A stretch of 64,000 nucleotides of DNA, taken from contig CAKOOV010000002.1 in assembly GCA_934098435.1 (NCBI GenBank), positions 22,680 to 86,679 on the forward strand. Reading direction: 5' to 3'. The translations under genes and the position numbers were made by a program. The notes under the pieces were generated by a model that saw only the letters and a program-made list of their open reading frames with translations, was not told the origin of the DNA and made no database searches. Source of the stretch: an uncultured Bacilli bacterium (GTDB lineage: Bacteria > Bacillota_I > Bacilli_A > RF39 > UBA660). This document shows positions 52,561 to 63,966 of this stretch, one piece after another; the stretch's first letter is position 1, and each line of letters begins with the position of its first letter.

Positions 52561-52629
52561 CTACTACATCTCCACACATATATTATATATTAAATAAAAT
52601 AAAAGGGCAAGAAAAAAGAAGCAAACAAA

Positions 52630-53133
52630 TCACTTCTTAATAACTTTTTTATATATTTTTCTAACATTTTTATAAGAATAATCATCTAAAGTATTAACAT
52701 TAAGTTCAGAATCATCACCAAGACTATCATTCATAGCTAAAAACAAATTAGACTTTCTAATATCTTCCATTATTTTAATAGATTCTTTTGCTCTCATCAT
52801 TCCCCAAGTTCCCATAATAACTGAAGGAACAGTAATATAAAAAGGTACATTACCATCATGTTTAAAAAGACATGCCATATATAAACCATATAATGATGTA
52901 AAAGATACACAATCAAAATAACATTTTCTAGCCAAAAAATCAAAATCAACAATTTCATTTCTATTTTGTAATTGTCTTATCATTTTATTTTGTAACATTT
53001 TTTCATAATCACCATTAGGATCATAAATAGTAGCCATAGAATCATCTAAATATCTAATATATAAACGTTCCTCATAACGATAATAAGATTCAATAACCAT
53101 TCCTAAATCTTCATCACCAACATAAAATTTCAT
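52630..53133 (-). CDS. hypothetical protein (about 167 aa from MKFYVGDEDLG)
   Basis: GGGGGATATT RBS before the internal ATG; this start removes the overlap with rnhC. Confidence 0.45.
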   Translation of the reverse strand: MKFYVGDEDLGMVIESYYRYEERLYIRYLDDSMATIYDPNGDYEKMLQNKMIRQLQNRNEIVDFDFLARKCYFDCVSFTSLYGLYMACLFKHDGNVPFYITVPSVIMGTWGMMRAKESIKIMEDIRKSNLFLAMNDSLGDDSELNVNTLDDYSYKNVRKIYKKVIKK

Positions 53134-53248
53134 AATATCCCCCCAAAAAATTTCCAATATTATATCATAAAATAAAATAAATGTAAAATAATATTTAAAA
53201 ACTTGATAAAAACCAATATTATGATAAAATATATTTAGGAGGTACACT

Positions 53249-54196
53249 ATGGCAAAAACAATTACCAAAGTAATACGTGTAGATAACGAAACAAAAAAAC
53301 TAATGAATAATTTTTATGAACCAATGAAAAGAGAAAAAACACCACCATATGCCATCTTTCAAGCAGATACAGGAGACACAATAGTAACTTTATACGAATC
53401 AGGAAAAGCTATGTTCCAAGGTGTATCTGCAGATATAGAATCAAGTATGTGGGAAAATATCAAAAAAAATAAAGAAGACATTGAATACTTTACTGATGAC
53501 ATACCAAAGAAAGAAATAAAAAAGGAAGAAATAAATTTACCTCTTGATATATCTTCAGTAGGATCTGACGAAGTAGGAACAGGAGATTACTATGGACCAA
53601 TAGTAGTTACAGCCTCATATGTAAACAAAAATAATATACCATTTCTAACAGAATTAGGAGTTAAAGATTCAAAAAAATTATCCGATGAACAAATACTAAA
53701 AATAGTACCAAAAATAATAAAAAAAATACCATATAAAACCATAATGTTATCAAACAAAGAATATAATGAAAAATATGGCAAAAATATGAACATGAATAAA
53801 ATAAAAGCCATTCTTCATAATAAAGTATTATCCGAAATGGTAAAAAATAACAATTACGATTACATAGTAGTAGATCAGTTTGAACCAGAAAAAAGTTATT
53901 ATAACCATTTAAGCGATGTTCCTAACCCATTAAAAGGAATAACTTTTATAACCAAAGCCGAAGATAAATGTCTATCTGTTGCCGTATCCTCATTAATAAG
54001 TAGATATATATTTATTAAAGAAATAGACTCATTAGGAGAAAAATATGGAATATTTCTTCCTAAAGGAGCCAATTATTATGTTGAAGATATTGGTATAAAA
54101 CTAGTAGAAAAATATGGTAAAGATGTTCTAAAAAATATAGCCAAATTAAACTTTTCTAATACCGAAAGAATCTTAAAAGAAATAGAAAAAAAATAG
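53249..54196 (+). CDS. rnhC: ribonuclease HIII
   Basis: N-terminal DUF3378-like domain plus RNase HII-fold DEVGTGDYYGPIVV. Confidence 0.85.
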   Translation: MAKTITKVIRVDNETKKLMNNFYEPMKREKTPPYAIFQADTGDTIVTLYESGKAMFQGVSADIESSMWENIKKNKEDIEYFTDDIPKKEIKKEEINLPLDISSVGSDEVGTGDYYGPIVVTASYVNKNNIPFLTELGVKDSKKLSDEQILKIVPKIIKKIPYKTIMLSNKEYNEKYGKNMNMNKIKAILHNKVLSEMVKNNNYDYIVVDQFEPEKSYYNHLSDVPNPLKGITFITKAEDKCLSVAVSSLISRYIFIKEIDSLGEKYGIFLPKGANYYVEDIGIKLVEKYGKDVLKNIAKLNFSNTERILKEIEKK

Positions 54197-54216
54197 CCAC
54201 CGCTATTTTTTTTATT
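54186..54216. terminator. bidirectional terminator (AAAAAATAGC-CACC-GCTATTTTTTTT)
   Basis: 6-bp stem with A-run and T-run flanks between convergent rnhC and the ABC gene. Confidence 0.65.
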
Positions 54217-56563
54217 TACTTACCTTTTCAAACTGTGAATTATATAAATTAGCATAAAAACCATTCTTTTTCATTAAAGTATTATGATTTCCTTGTTCAA
54301 TAATATTACCACCATCCATAACAAGAATCAAATCAGCATTACGAATTGTCGATAACCTATGAGCAATAATAAATGACGTACGTCCTTCCATAAGTTTATC
54401 CATAGCCTTTTGAACTAATTCTTCAGTTCTCGTATCTACGTTACTAGTAGCCTCATCAAGTATTAAAAATGGACTATCATTGATCATACCTCTAGCAATA
54501 GTAAGAAGTTGTCTTTGACCAGAAGATACCGAATCATTATCAGATATAACACTATCATAACCATCAGGTAAAGTCTTAATAAAATGATCAACGCCAACAA
54601 TCTTACATACATCCTCTACTTTTTTATTACTTATATTTTTCTGATTATAAATAATATTTTCTTTAACAGTACCATTAAATAACCAAGTATCTTGAAGAAC
54701 CATAGTAAATAAATCATGAACATTACTTCTCTTTATATCACGAATAGACGTTCCATCAATAAGTATATCACCAGAATTAATATCATAAAACTTCATAAGT
54801 AAATTAACCATCGTTGTTTTACCCGCTCCAGTAGGACCAACAATAGCAACCTTCTCTCCTGCTTTAACTTTAGCTGTAAAATCATTTATAATAACCTTAT
54901 CATCATCATAACCAAATTTAACATTTTTAAATTCAATATTACCCCTAACCTTATTCTTATCTAACTTCTTAGTAATATTATCCTCACTACTCATTTCTTT
55001 ATCTTCGAGTAAACTAAATATTCTTTCACTAGCTGCAGCGGTAGTCTGAAGTGAAGTCATAGCCTGAGCAATTTGCGATAAAGGATTAGTAAATAATCTA
55101 ACATACATAATAAATGCTACAATAACTCCAAAAGATATCATATCCTTACTTACAAGTAAAGAACCAACTACACAAACAGCAACATAACTAAAATTACCAA
55201 TAAAACCCATAATAGGCTGCATAAGACCAGATAAAAATTGACTCTTTCTATTACAATCATATAATTTATCATTTAACCTATCAAATTTCATAGTAACTTC
55301 TTCCTTAGCATTACAAGTCTTAACAACATTAAGGCCACTATATATTTCCTCTATATAACCATTCAAATTACCAAGTTCAGTTTGCCTTCTAGTAAAATAT
55401 TTCTGAGATTTACCAAGTATAATAAACATAAGAACAAAACCAATTAAACTAGATACAATAGCAGTAATAGCCATAATATAATTAGTAACAAACATCATAA
55501 TAATAGAACCAATAAACAAAGTACCAGCAGAAACCAAAGTAGATAAACTATTATTAAGTGACTGACTAATAGTATCTACATCATTAGTAACCCTAGATAA
55601 AATATCTCCTGATAAATTATGATCAAAAAACTTAAGTGGTAACTTATTTATCTTTTCAGATATACTAGTTCTAAGCCTCTTAGCATAACAATTAGCTACT
55701 TTAATCATTGATAAGCCTTCAATATAAGTAAATAAAGCACTAATAATATACAAACAAGCAAGTAAAATAGCAATATCTTTAATTTTATCCATATTCATCT
55801 TAGGACCAATAACCTTTTGAATACTACTAGGAACATCCTCCATAACTTTATACATCTCATTAACTGAAGATGTATCACTACCAGCCATTTTAACAATAAA
55901 ATCTACCTTATCATCAGTACTAATTTCCACTCCATCAATATTAGTACTAGGAAATAAAGCCCTCTTAACACTATCTGGCAAATTATTAATACCAGTATAA
56001 TTTTTATTATTAACATCAATATCACGAAAAACCAAAATAGCATTAATTTTATCCTCTTTACTAATATAAATATCATTATAAGTACTATCAGAAATAATAA
56101 TATCAAGCACACTACTAGGAAGCTTACAAAATACTGAAGTAGCATTATCCCTATCACCATTAATTTTCTTAATAGTATCATTAAATAAATACTTATCATC
56201 ATCACTAATATCAGAAGTATTAACCCTATAAATAGTATTTTCATCTATATTAATACCCAAAATACTACCAATTTCACTAACATTGGAAGTAAGACTATTC
56301 TCTAACTCCTTCATATTAGTAGTATTAATCGTAATACCATGAGATATCTCATCAGTCAAATCAGATAACTTATTAGGAGCCACTAAAGACAATACAGAAG
56401 ATAAAGCGGCAAGTATAACAGCTACAAATATAAGTATCTTAAAACTACTAAGACTCTTCATAAGTTTCCTTATAGAAAGTCCAAAATTCTCTGGCTTCTC
56501 ATTTATTCTCATAGGGCCATGACCTCTAGAAGAATTATTTCTATTTTTATCATTACTAGACAT
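54212..56563 (-). CDS. ABC transporter permease/ATPase (heterodimeric exporter subunit, YheH/LmrD-like) with a large extracytoplasmic insertion
   Basis: Walker A GPTGAGKTT; LSGGQRQ; 6-TM domain. Confidence 0.85.
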   Translation of the reverse strand: MSSNDKNRNNSSRGHGPMRINEKPENFGLSIRKLMKSLSSFKILIFVAVILAALSSVLSLVAPNKLSDLTDEISHGITINTTNMKELENSLTSNVSEIGSILGINIDENTIYRVNTSDISDDDKYLFNDTIKKINGDRDNATSVFCKLPSSVLDIIISDSTYNDIYISKEDKINAILVFRDIDVNNKNYTGINNLPDSVKRALFPSTNIDGVEISTDDKVDFIVKMAGSDTSSVNEMYKVMEDVPSSIQKVIGPKMNMDKIKDIAILLACLYIISALFTYIEGLSMIKVANCYAKRLRTSISEKINKLPLKFFDHNLSGDILSRVTNDVDTISQSLNNSLSTLVSAGTLFIGSIIMMFVTNYIMAITAIVSSLIGFVLMFIILGKSQKYFTRRQTELGNLNGYIEEIYSGLNVVKTCNAKEEVTMKFDRLNDKLYDCNRKSQFLSGLMQPIMGFIGNFSYVAVCVVGSLLVSKDMISFGVIVAFIMYVRLFTNPLSQIAQAMTSLQTTAAASERIFSLLEDKEMSSEDNITKKLDKNKVRGNIEFKNVKFGYDDDKVIINDFTAKVKAGEKVAIVGPTGAGKTTMVNLLMKFYDINSGDILIDGTSIRDIKRSNVHDLFTMVLQDTWLFNGTVKENIIYNQKNISNKKVEDVCKIVGVDHFIKTLPDGYDSVISDNDSVSSGQRQLLTIARGMINDSPFLILDEATSNVDTRTEELVQKAMDKLMEGRTSFIIAHRLSTIRNADLILVMDGGNIIEQGNHNTLMKKNGFYANLYNSQFEKVSK

Positions 56564-58331
56564 TTTCTAATTCCTCCTTTGACACCTGTGATAAAGCAAT
56601 TTCTTTATAAACTTTACATTTTTTCATAAGTTCATTATGTGTTCCAACACCAACACATTTACCATTATCAAGTACAACAATCTTATCAGCATTAAGTATT
56701 GTACCAATTCTTTGCGCCACTATCATAACCGTAGCATCTTTAGTATATTCTCTAAGTTCACGTCTTAAAGTACTATCTGTCTTATAGTCAAGAGCACTAA
56801 AAGAATCATCAAATATATATATTTCCGGATTCCTAGCAATAGTTCTTGCAATAGATAACCTTTGCTTTTGTCCACCACTAATATTAGTACCTCCTTGAGC
56901 TATATGCGATTTTTCCCCATCTTCTAATTTAGATACAAACTCACTAGCTTGTGATACTCTAAGTGCATCAGCAATTTTTTTATTAGAAGGTTTACCATCA
57001 ATATTCTTACCAAAAGAAACATTAGATAAAATATCTCCTGAAAACAAAGTAGCCTTCTGTGGTACATAACCAATAATATTATTCAAATATTCAAAACTAT
57101 AATCACGTACATCAATACCATTAATAAGTATCTCCCCACTAGTAGCATCATAAAATCTAGGTATCAAATTAATAAGCGTACTCTTACCACTACCAGTAGA
57201 GCCAATAAAGGCAATAGTCTCCCCTTTATTAACCTTAAATGATATATCTTCAAGTACATATTCATCAGCATCAGGATACTTAAATGAAACATTCTTAAAT
57301 TCAACACATCCTTTAATATCACTATTATTCATAGTAACATTTCCTTCCTTAACACTAATAGGAGTATCAAGTACTTCATTAATCCTTTTAGCAGATACAC
57401 TAGCTCTCGGTAACATCATAAAAATCATAGCAAGCATCAAAAAAGACATAATAACTTGCATAGCATATGAAGAAAAAACAATCATATTACCAAACAAAAC
57501 AATCTTATCTCCCATGTTAGCTTCATTAATAAGATTAGCCCCTATAAAATATATACCCAAAGTCAAAAAGTACATAACTAAATACATAATAGGACTCAAA
57601 AAATTAAAAGTCCTTTGATTAAACATTTGCTGATTAGTAAGTGTATTATTAACATTTTCAAACTTATCTTCTTGATATTTTTCAGCATTAAAAGCTCTAA
57701 CAACTCTAATACCAGATAAATTCTCTCTCATAACCATATTAATCTTATCCATAAGTTCCTGTACTATTTTAAACTTAGGCATAACTATCATCATAATAAT
57801 ACCAATAGTAATAAGTAAAACCAAAACAGCAACGCCAGTTAACATACTCCACTCTATACTCTTATTAAGAATCTTAGTAACAGCCCAAACAGCAGTAATA
57901 GGAGCTTTAATCATTAAAGTAAGCCCCATTGCAATAAGAAACTCAATCTGAGTAATATCATTAGTAGTCCTAGTAATAAGACTACTAGTAGAAAACTTCT
58001 TAACCTCAAATGTACTAATATCCTCTACCTTTCTAAATAGCTTACCTCTAGTACGATAAGAAAAAGAAGCCGCCACTATTGAAGTAAAATATCCAACAAT
58101 AAAAGCAGATACCAAACTACCAAAGGCACACAAAAGCATATAAGAGCCTTCTCTTAATATATCATTAATAGAAGCACCACGAGTCTGTACAAGTTGTGTA
58201 ATATTAGACATATAATCAGGCATCTTAAGTTCTAACCATACCTGAAAAACAATAAGTCCAGCGGATATAAATACATATATATAATCTCTTTTATTCAAAT
58301 TCTTAAGTAATTTAAACATATAAACCTCCAT
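56556..58331 (-). CDS. ABC transporter permease/ATPase (heterodimeric exporter subunit, YheI/LmrC-like)
   Basis: Walker A GSTGSGKST; ISGGQKQR; 8-nt overlap with its partner. Confidence 0.85.
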   Translation of the reverse strand: MEVYMFKLLKNLNKRDYIYVFISAGLIVFQVWLELKMPDYMSNITQLVQTRGASINDILREGSYMLLCAFGSLVSAFIVGYFTSIVAASFSYRTRGKLFRKVEDISTFEVKKFSTSSLITRTTNDITQIEFLIAMGLTLMIKAPITAVWAVTKILNKSIEWSMLTGVAVLVLLITIGIIMMIVMPKFKIVQELMDKINMVMRENLSGIRVVRAFNAEKYQEDKFENVNNTLTNQQMFNQRTFNFLSPIMYLVMYFLTLGIYFIGANLINEANMGDKIVLFGNMIVFSSYAMQVIMSFLMLAMIFMMLPRASVSAKRINEVLDTPISVKEGNVTMNNSDIKGCVEFKNVSFKYPDADEYVLEDISFKVNKGETIAFIGSTGSGKSTLINLIPRFYDATSGEILINGIDVRDYSFEYLNNIIGYVPQKATLFSGDILSNVSFGKNIDGKPSNKKIADALRVSQASEFVSKLEDGEKSHIAQGGTNISGGQKQRLSIARTIARNPEIYIFDDSFSALDYKTDSTLRRELREYTKDATVMIVAQRIGTILNADKIVVLDNGKCVGVGTHNELMKKCKVYKEIALSQVSKEELENV

Positions 58332-58429
58332 CTATATACTATGATAAAAATATACAATCGTTAAAATTATAACATTCCCATATATCAATGTCAATCAAAA
58401 ACCATAATTTTCCACAAAAGAAAAAGTAG

Positions 58430-59701
58430 TTAAACTACCCTTCCATATACATTAAGACCCTCTACTTTTTCAATCTTAACATTAACAATACTATTATTTT
58501 CTATATTATCATTATCATCTATAATAACCGGTATAAAATTAGAAGTATGAACCACTACTAAACCATTATTATGTCTTTCAACTACCCCATCATATACCTT
58601 ACCAATTTTACTTTTATAATATTCATTTTCATATTCATTAGATAATCCAATAACCTCATGAACCCTTTTCTTCTTAATATCTCCTGAAATATGACCATCC
58701 ATCTTATCCGCTACAGTACCATGCCTTCTAGAATAAGGAAAAGTATGAATCTTAGTAAAGTGAATCTTCTTCAAAGTATCCATAGTCTCTTCAAAGTCAT
58801 CATCTGTTTCATTAGGAAAACCAACAATCAAATCAGTAGTTAAAGAAATATCCTCTATTTCCCTAAGTTTATCAATCATTTCCATAAACTCTTCTTTATT
58901 ATATCTTCTATTCATAAGTTTAAGTATCTTATCACTACCAGATTGAAGAGGTACATGCAAATGTCTAGCCATAATTTTATTATTCTTATAAAGATCTATA
59001 ATTTCAGGAGTAATCTCATTAATTTCAATAGAAGATAATCTAATACGATAAATATTAGGTATCTTAACAAGTTCACATAAAAGTTCATAAAGACTACTAT
59101 TAATATCAATACCATATCTTCCAGTATGAATACCAGTAAGAACAATCTCTTTATACCCATCTTTCACAAGTCTACTTACCTCTTCTATAACATCCTCTTT
59201 ATTCTTACTTCTAACTCTACCCCTAGTATAAGGAATAATACAATAAGAACAAAAAGCATTACAACCATCCTGTATTTTAACAAAAGCCCTAGTATGATTA
59301 TCAAAATGACTAATCTCCATCTTTTCAAATTCTACACTACTTAAATCATATATAATCTTCTTACTTTCCCTATCTCTAATAAAATCATTCAAAATCTCCA
59401 CTATCTTAGATTTATCCTTATTACCAAGAATAATATCAGCTTCAATATCATCACTACTAACCTGACTATAACATCCCATAACAGCAATAATAGCCTCACT
59501 ATTATTCTTTTTAGCCCTATTAATCATCTTTCTTGATTTCTTATCACTCTCATTAGTAACAGAACAAGTATTAATAATATAAATATCTGCTTTATCTTCA
59601 AAAGGAACTATTTCATATCCACTCTTCTTAAGTAAATCACTCATAACTTCAGATTCATAAATATTAACCTTACATCCCAAACTACATATTCCAACTTTCA
59701 T
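58430..59701 (-). CDS. mtaB: tRNA t6A37 methylthiotransferase (MiaB-like radical SAM, MtaB/YqeV)
   Basis: N-terminal UPF0004 Cys triad; radical SAM CNAFCSYC; TRAM-like C-terminus. Confidence 0.85.
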   Translation of the reverse strand: MKVGICSLGCKVNIYESEVMSDLLKKSGYEIVPFEDKADIYIINTCSVTNESDKKSRKMINRAKKNNSEAIIAVMGCYSQVSSDDIEADIILGNKDKSKIVEILNDFIRDRESKKIIYDLSSVEFEKMEISHFDNHTRAFVKIQDGCNAFCSYCIIPYTRGRVRSKNKEDVIEEVSRLVKDGYKEIVLTGIHTGRYGIDINSSLYELLCELVKIPNIYRIRLSSIEINEITPEIIDLYKNNKIMARHLHVPLQSGSDKILKLMNRRYNKEEFMEMIDKLREIEDISLTTDLIVGFPNETDDDFEETMDTLKKIHFTKIHTFPYSRRHGTVADKMDGHISGDIKKKRVHEVIGLSNEYENEYYKSKIGKVYDGVVERHNNGLVVVHTSNFIPVIIDDNDNIENNSIVNVKIEKVEGLNVYGRVV

Positions 59702-60249
59702 CTCGTTTCCCTCTTTCTCTAGTATTCTATCACAATATCAAGCAAAAACAAACAAAATTTACTCACATCACTATAGAGCGACATAAATTTCTATTCATAT
59801 TACCCATTAAAACCTTAAAATACTAGTATAATCTTTTATACTAGTACAATAGCTATTACTTTTGCCTAAATAACAATTATATACATATCTATTACATCAA
59901 AAATTTTTATTATCAATTCATCTCCATTTGATATTTAAATATAACTAAAGTATATATACCACTCATCACGTACGTATAAATAATATCATTTATTTTATAT
60001 GCTGTCAATACAGCATTTTTATAATTGTTTGTTGTTTTTAGTAATATATTTTTTATTACAAAAAATTTTCCATCTTTATAATTAATGTTACAATAATATC
60101 AAAAAAAATAATTATAATTTATATACATTACAAGATAATATCTTATTTTCAATTTTAAACATAGTTCAAAAAGATACTAGTTGATAATTAATTTTCCATC
60201 ATAAAAAAAAGAGTCTTAATATATTATCAAGATTCTTCATTTTAATTCA

Positions 60250-60816
60250 TTAATCAATATGAATATTATGTTTTTTCATGTACATTTCTGGTTTTCCCAT
60301 ATTTAATTCTTCTGATACATTTAACTCTAATCCATTAATAAAGTTTTGTATTTCTTCCTTTACTTGTTTTACATCAACATTATAATTAGTACAATATTCA
60401 ACTTCCATAAATATTCCCAAATCCTTAACATCTTCTATTACAATTTCATAGTCATTATAAGTATATGTTTCCTTTTTATTATCTATTTCTATAAATTTTA
60501 CTAATCCTAATCTATCAAATATTTTTTTCATCATAATAATTGATTCTACTTTTGTTTCATATTCATTTGAATATAACCATTTACCATTTTCAAAAACATC
60601 ATCTTTATAAGTTATAGAATAATCATCATTTTTACTTCTAAGTCTTAGACAATGACTAAGCTGATTTTCTTTATCAGGCTTTAATGTATCTCTTTTTGGG
60701 TCGTAATAATATTCATCTACCACTCTTTTTAATCCTTCATAATTAAATTTCTCAAATTTTTTCTTTATGTTAGTTATTTCATCATGCACTTCTACCAAAA
60801 CTTCTATCTCTTTCAT
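60250..60816 (-). CDS. CYTH-domain protein (class IV adenylyl cyclase/triphosphate tunnel metalloenzyme family)
   Basis: MKEIEVLVEV N-terminal ExExK-like motif; about 180 aa. Confidence 0.65.
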   Translation of the reverse strand: MKEIEVLVEVHDEITNIKKKFEKFNYEGLKRVVDEYYYDPKRDTLKPDKENQLSHCLRLRSKNDDYSITYKDDVFENGKWLYSNEYETKVESIIMMKKIFDRLGLVKFIEIDNKKETYTYNDYEIVIEDVKDLGIFMEVEYCTNYNVDVKQVKEEIQNFINGLELNVSEELNMGKPEMYMKKHNIHID

Positions 60817-60953
60817 TACATACCTCCATTATTTTTTTAAAATTCTTGATAAACTTTTTTATCATCCCATGTAATACCCATAGACATCCACCACATAGTC
60901 CTTTAACTATTTTATCACATTGAATCAAACATAAATATAAAGAAAGAATATTC

Positions 60954-62606
60954 TTAAAATATTCCCTCTATTATTCCATCCTTAATATCAATTCTCTCAG
61001 AATTAGGATTCTTAGGAAGACCAGGCATAGTCATTATCTTACCAGTCAAAGCCACTATAAACTCTGCTCCTGCTTTTAATATAACCTCTTTAACATGAAT
61101 ATCATATTCATTATCACCAGTCAAATTATTAGGATCATCTGATAAAGAATACTGTGTCTTAGCAATACATATAGGCAAATTACCATGACCATTATCTTCC
61201 AAATTCTTAATTTCTTCTAATGCTTTATTATCATAAATAACATCAGAAGCCCCATATATCTTATTAGCAACCTTAAATATCTTAGTTTTAATATCATCAT
61301 TAATATCATAAGAATAACTAAAATTATTCTTCTTATTAGCTTCTGCCATAACCTTTTCAGCAAGAAGAAGAGAACCATCACTACCATCCCTAAATCCAGT
61401 AGTAAGAGCATAACTAACATTCTTCTCATCTAATTTCTTAGATAAATAACTAATTTCCTTATCCGTATCACTATCAAATCTATTAATAGCCACTACTACA
61501 TTAAGTCCATAAACATTACGAAGATTATCTATATGTTTATATAAATTCTTCATACCAATATCCAAGTAATGAATATCTTCTTTAGTAATATCATTTTTAT
61601 CCATACCACCATGATACTTTAAAGATCTAATAGTAGCAACAAGAACAACCACATCAGGATTTAAATCATCCATTCTACACTTAATATCTAAGAACTTCTC
61701 TGCTCCCAAATCAGCTCCAAATCCAGCCTCAGTAACAGTATAATCACCAAGTTTCATAGCCGTATTAGTAGCAATAACACTATTACATCCATGAGCAATA
61801 TTAGCAAAAGGACCACCATGTATAATAGCAGGATTACCTTCTAAAGTTTGTACCAAATTAGGTAAAATAGCATCATGAAGAAGTACTGCCATAGCACCTT
61901 CTGCCTTTAAATCTCTTGCCGTTACTTCCTTACCATCCTTATTATAACCAATAACAATATTACCAAGCCTTCTCTTCAAATCATTAATATCTTTACTCAA
62001 ACATAAAATAGCCATAATCTCACTAGCAGCAGTAATATCAAATCCAGAGATTCTAGGAACAATCTTACTTTCACCAGATAAACCAGTATTAATAACCCTA
62101 AGTTGTCTATCATTCAAATCCAAGCATCTCTTAAAAATAACTTTATCAATACCAAGCTCATTACCAAAATAAATATGATTATCAATAAGAGAACATAATA
62201 AATTATTAGCACTAGTAATAGCATGAAAATCACCATTAAAATGAAGATTAATATCCCCCATCGGAATAACCTGAGCATATCCTCCTCCAGCAGCACCCCC
62301 TTTAATTCCAAATACTGGACCTAAAGAAGGTTCACGAAGAGCAAGAACACTCTTTTTACCAAGTTTATTAAGAGCATCAGACAAAGATATTGATACCGTA
62401 GTTTTTCCTTCCCCCATTGGAGTAGGATTAATCGCAGTAACCAAAATAAGCTTACTCTTCATCTTTTTATCACAAATATCATCAACAGATATCTTAGCCT
62501 TATACTTACCATAAGGTATAATATAATCACGAATACCAATCTTTTTAGCAACATCCATAATGTTCATAGGATTAACACTTCTAGCTATCTCAATATCACT
62601 CTTCAT
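60954..62606 (-). CDS. fhs: formate--tetrahydrofolate ligase; likely start MKSDIEIA
   Basis: PTPMGEGKTT motif; FTHFS family length. Confidence 0.9.
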   Translation of the reverse strand: MKSDIEIARSVNPMNIMDVAKKIGIRDYIIPYGKYKAKISVDDICDKKMKSKLILVTAINPTPMGEGKTTVSISLSDALNKLGKKSVLALREPSLGPVFGIKGGAAGGGYAQVIPMGDINLHFNGDFHAITSANNLLCSLIDNHIYFGNELGIDKVIFKRCLDLNDRQLRVINTGLSGESKIVPRISGFDITAASEIMAILCLSKDINDLKRRLGNIVIGYNKDGKEVTARDLKAEGAMAVLLHDAILPNLVQTLEGNPAIIHGGPFANIAHGCNSVIATNTAMKLGDYTVTEAGFGADLGAEKFLDIKCRMDDLNPDVVVLVATIRSLKYHGGMDKNDITKEDIHYLDIGMKNLYKHIDNLRNVYGLNVVVAINRFDSDTDKEISYLSKKLDEKNVSYALTTGFRDGSDGSLLLAEKVMAEANKKNNFSYSYDINDDIKTKIFKVANKIYGASDVIYDNKALEEIKNLEDNGHGNLPICIAKTQYSLSDDPNNLTGDNEYDIHVKEVILKAGAEFIVALTGKIMTMPGLPKNPNSERIDIKDGIIEGIF

Positions 62607-62607
62607 A

Positions 62608-63966
62608 TTATTTATCCTCCATAACCAAATGATTAACAATATTCTTAAGCTTCATACCATTAGAAGCCTTAAATAAGACAACATCACCACTTCTTAATAT
62701 ATCATCAAAAAATTCATAACTCTCACTCTCATTATTAAAATGATACCTATTATCAAAACCATTATCTTCTAAAAACCTATCCGTATACCTAGTATTATCT
62801 CCTATAGTAACAATAATATCAAGATTACTCTTAAATAACTCTTCACCAATCTTAGTATGAATCTCCTCATTATAATCCCCAACTTCTAAAACATCACCAA
62901 TAACCGCTATACGTCTCTTTGCCTCTTTATTTTTAAGAATCTCTAAAGAAGAACGAATAGAATCAAGAGAAGCATTATAAGTATCATCAATAAGTATAGC
63001 TCTGCATCTAGCCCTCTTAAATTCAAGCCTATTACCAGTAAGTTTAAAATTCTTAATACCATTCCTAATACTATCTACATCTACACCACATAAACTACCA
63101 ACACTATAAGCCACCAAAGAATTATATATAAAAGCAGTATTACCAATATCACATTCCATATCATTACCATTAATCTTAAATTTAGTTAAATCACTATTAA
63201 TATCACTAGCTTTATAATCACTATCATTATCAATACCAATAGTAACAATATCATTAAGAGATTCAATATATTTAATATTATTACGTATAATATCATTATC
63301 ATTATTAATAATAAGTGGTCCATTAAGTCCCTCTATTATCTCTAATTTAGCTTTCAATATATTCTCTCTTGAACCCAAAATACCAATATGAGCAGTACCA
63401 ATATTAGTAATAACCCCAATAGTAGGACGAACAATATCAGTAAGATAAGAAATCTCACCAAAATGATTCATTCCCATTTCAATAACCATAACATCTTCAT
63501 CTTTATATCTAAGTATTGTAAAAGGAAGACCAATATTATTATTATTATTACCCTCAGTTTTAAGAACCTTATATTTAGTACTAAGAACACTAGCTACCAT
63601 ATCCTTAGTAGAAGTCTTACCAACACTACCAGTAATAGCTATAACAGGAATATTAAGTAAACTTCTTTTATACTTAGCAAGCTTACCTATACATTCCAAA
63701 GTATTATCCACTAAAATAATAGTCTTATCACCATATTTATCAGTATCAACTAAAGTAGTATTATCAAGTATACACCCCTTAGCTCCCTTATCAAAAGCAT
63801 CAGCATAAAAATCATTACCATCAAAAGATTCACCTTTTATACCAACATAAATATCACCATTCTTAATAATTCTTGTATCTTTACAAAAATTATCAAGCAC
63901 CATATTCTCATCTCCACAAAGAAGTTTACCATTAAAACGAGAAATAATATCACTTACATATAACAT
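62608..63966 (-). CDS. murF: UDP-N-acetylmuramoyl-tripeptide--D-alanyl-D-alanine ligase
   Basis: Mur ligase GSVGKTSTK P-loop. Confidence 0.85.
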   Translation of the reverse strand: MLYVSDIISRFNGKLLCGDENMVLDNFCKDTRIIKNGDIYVGIKGESFDGNDFYADAFDKGAKGCILDNTTLVDTDKYGDKTIILVDNTLECIGKLAKYKRSLLNIPVIAITGSVGKTSTKDMVASVLSTKYKVLKTEGNNNNNIGLPFTILRYKDEDVMVIEMGMNHFGEISYLTDIVRPTIGVITNIGTAHIGILGSRENILKAKLEIIEGLNGPLIINNDNDIIRNNIKYIESLNDIVTIGIDNDSDYKASDINSDLTKFKINGNDMECDIGNTAFIYNSLVAYSVGSLCGVDVDSIRNGIKNFKLTGNRLEFKRARCRAILIDDTYNASLDSIRSSLEILKNKEAKRRIAVIGDVLEVGDYNEEIHTKIGEELFKSNLDIIVTIGDNTRYTDRFLEDNGFDNRYHFNNESESYEFFDDILRSGDVVLFKASNGMKLKNIVNHLVMEDK

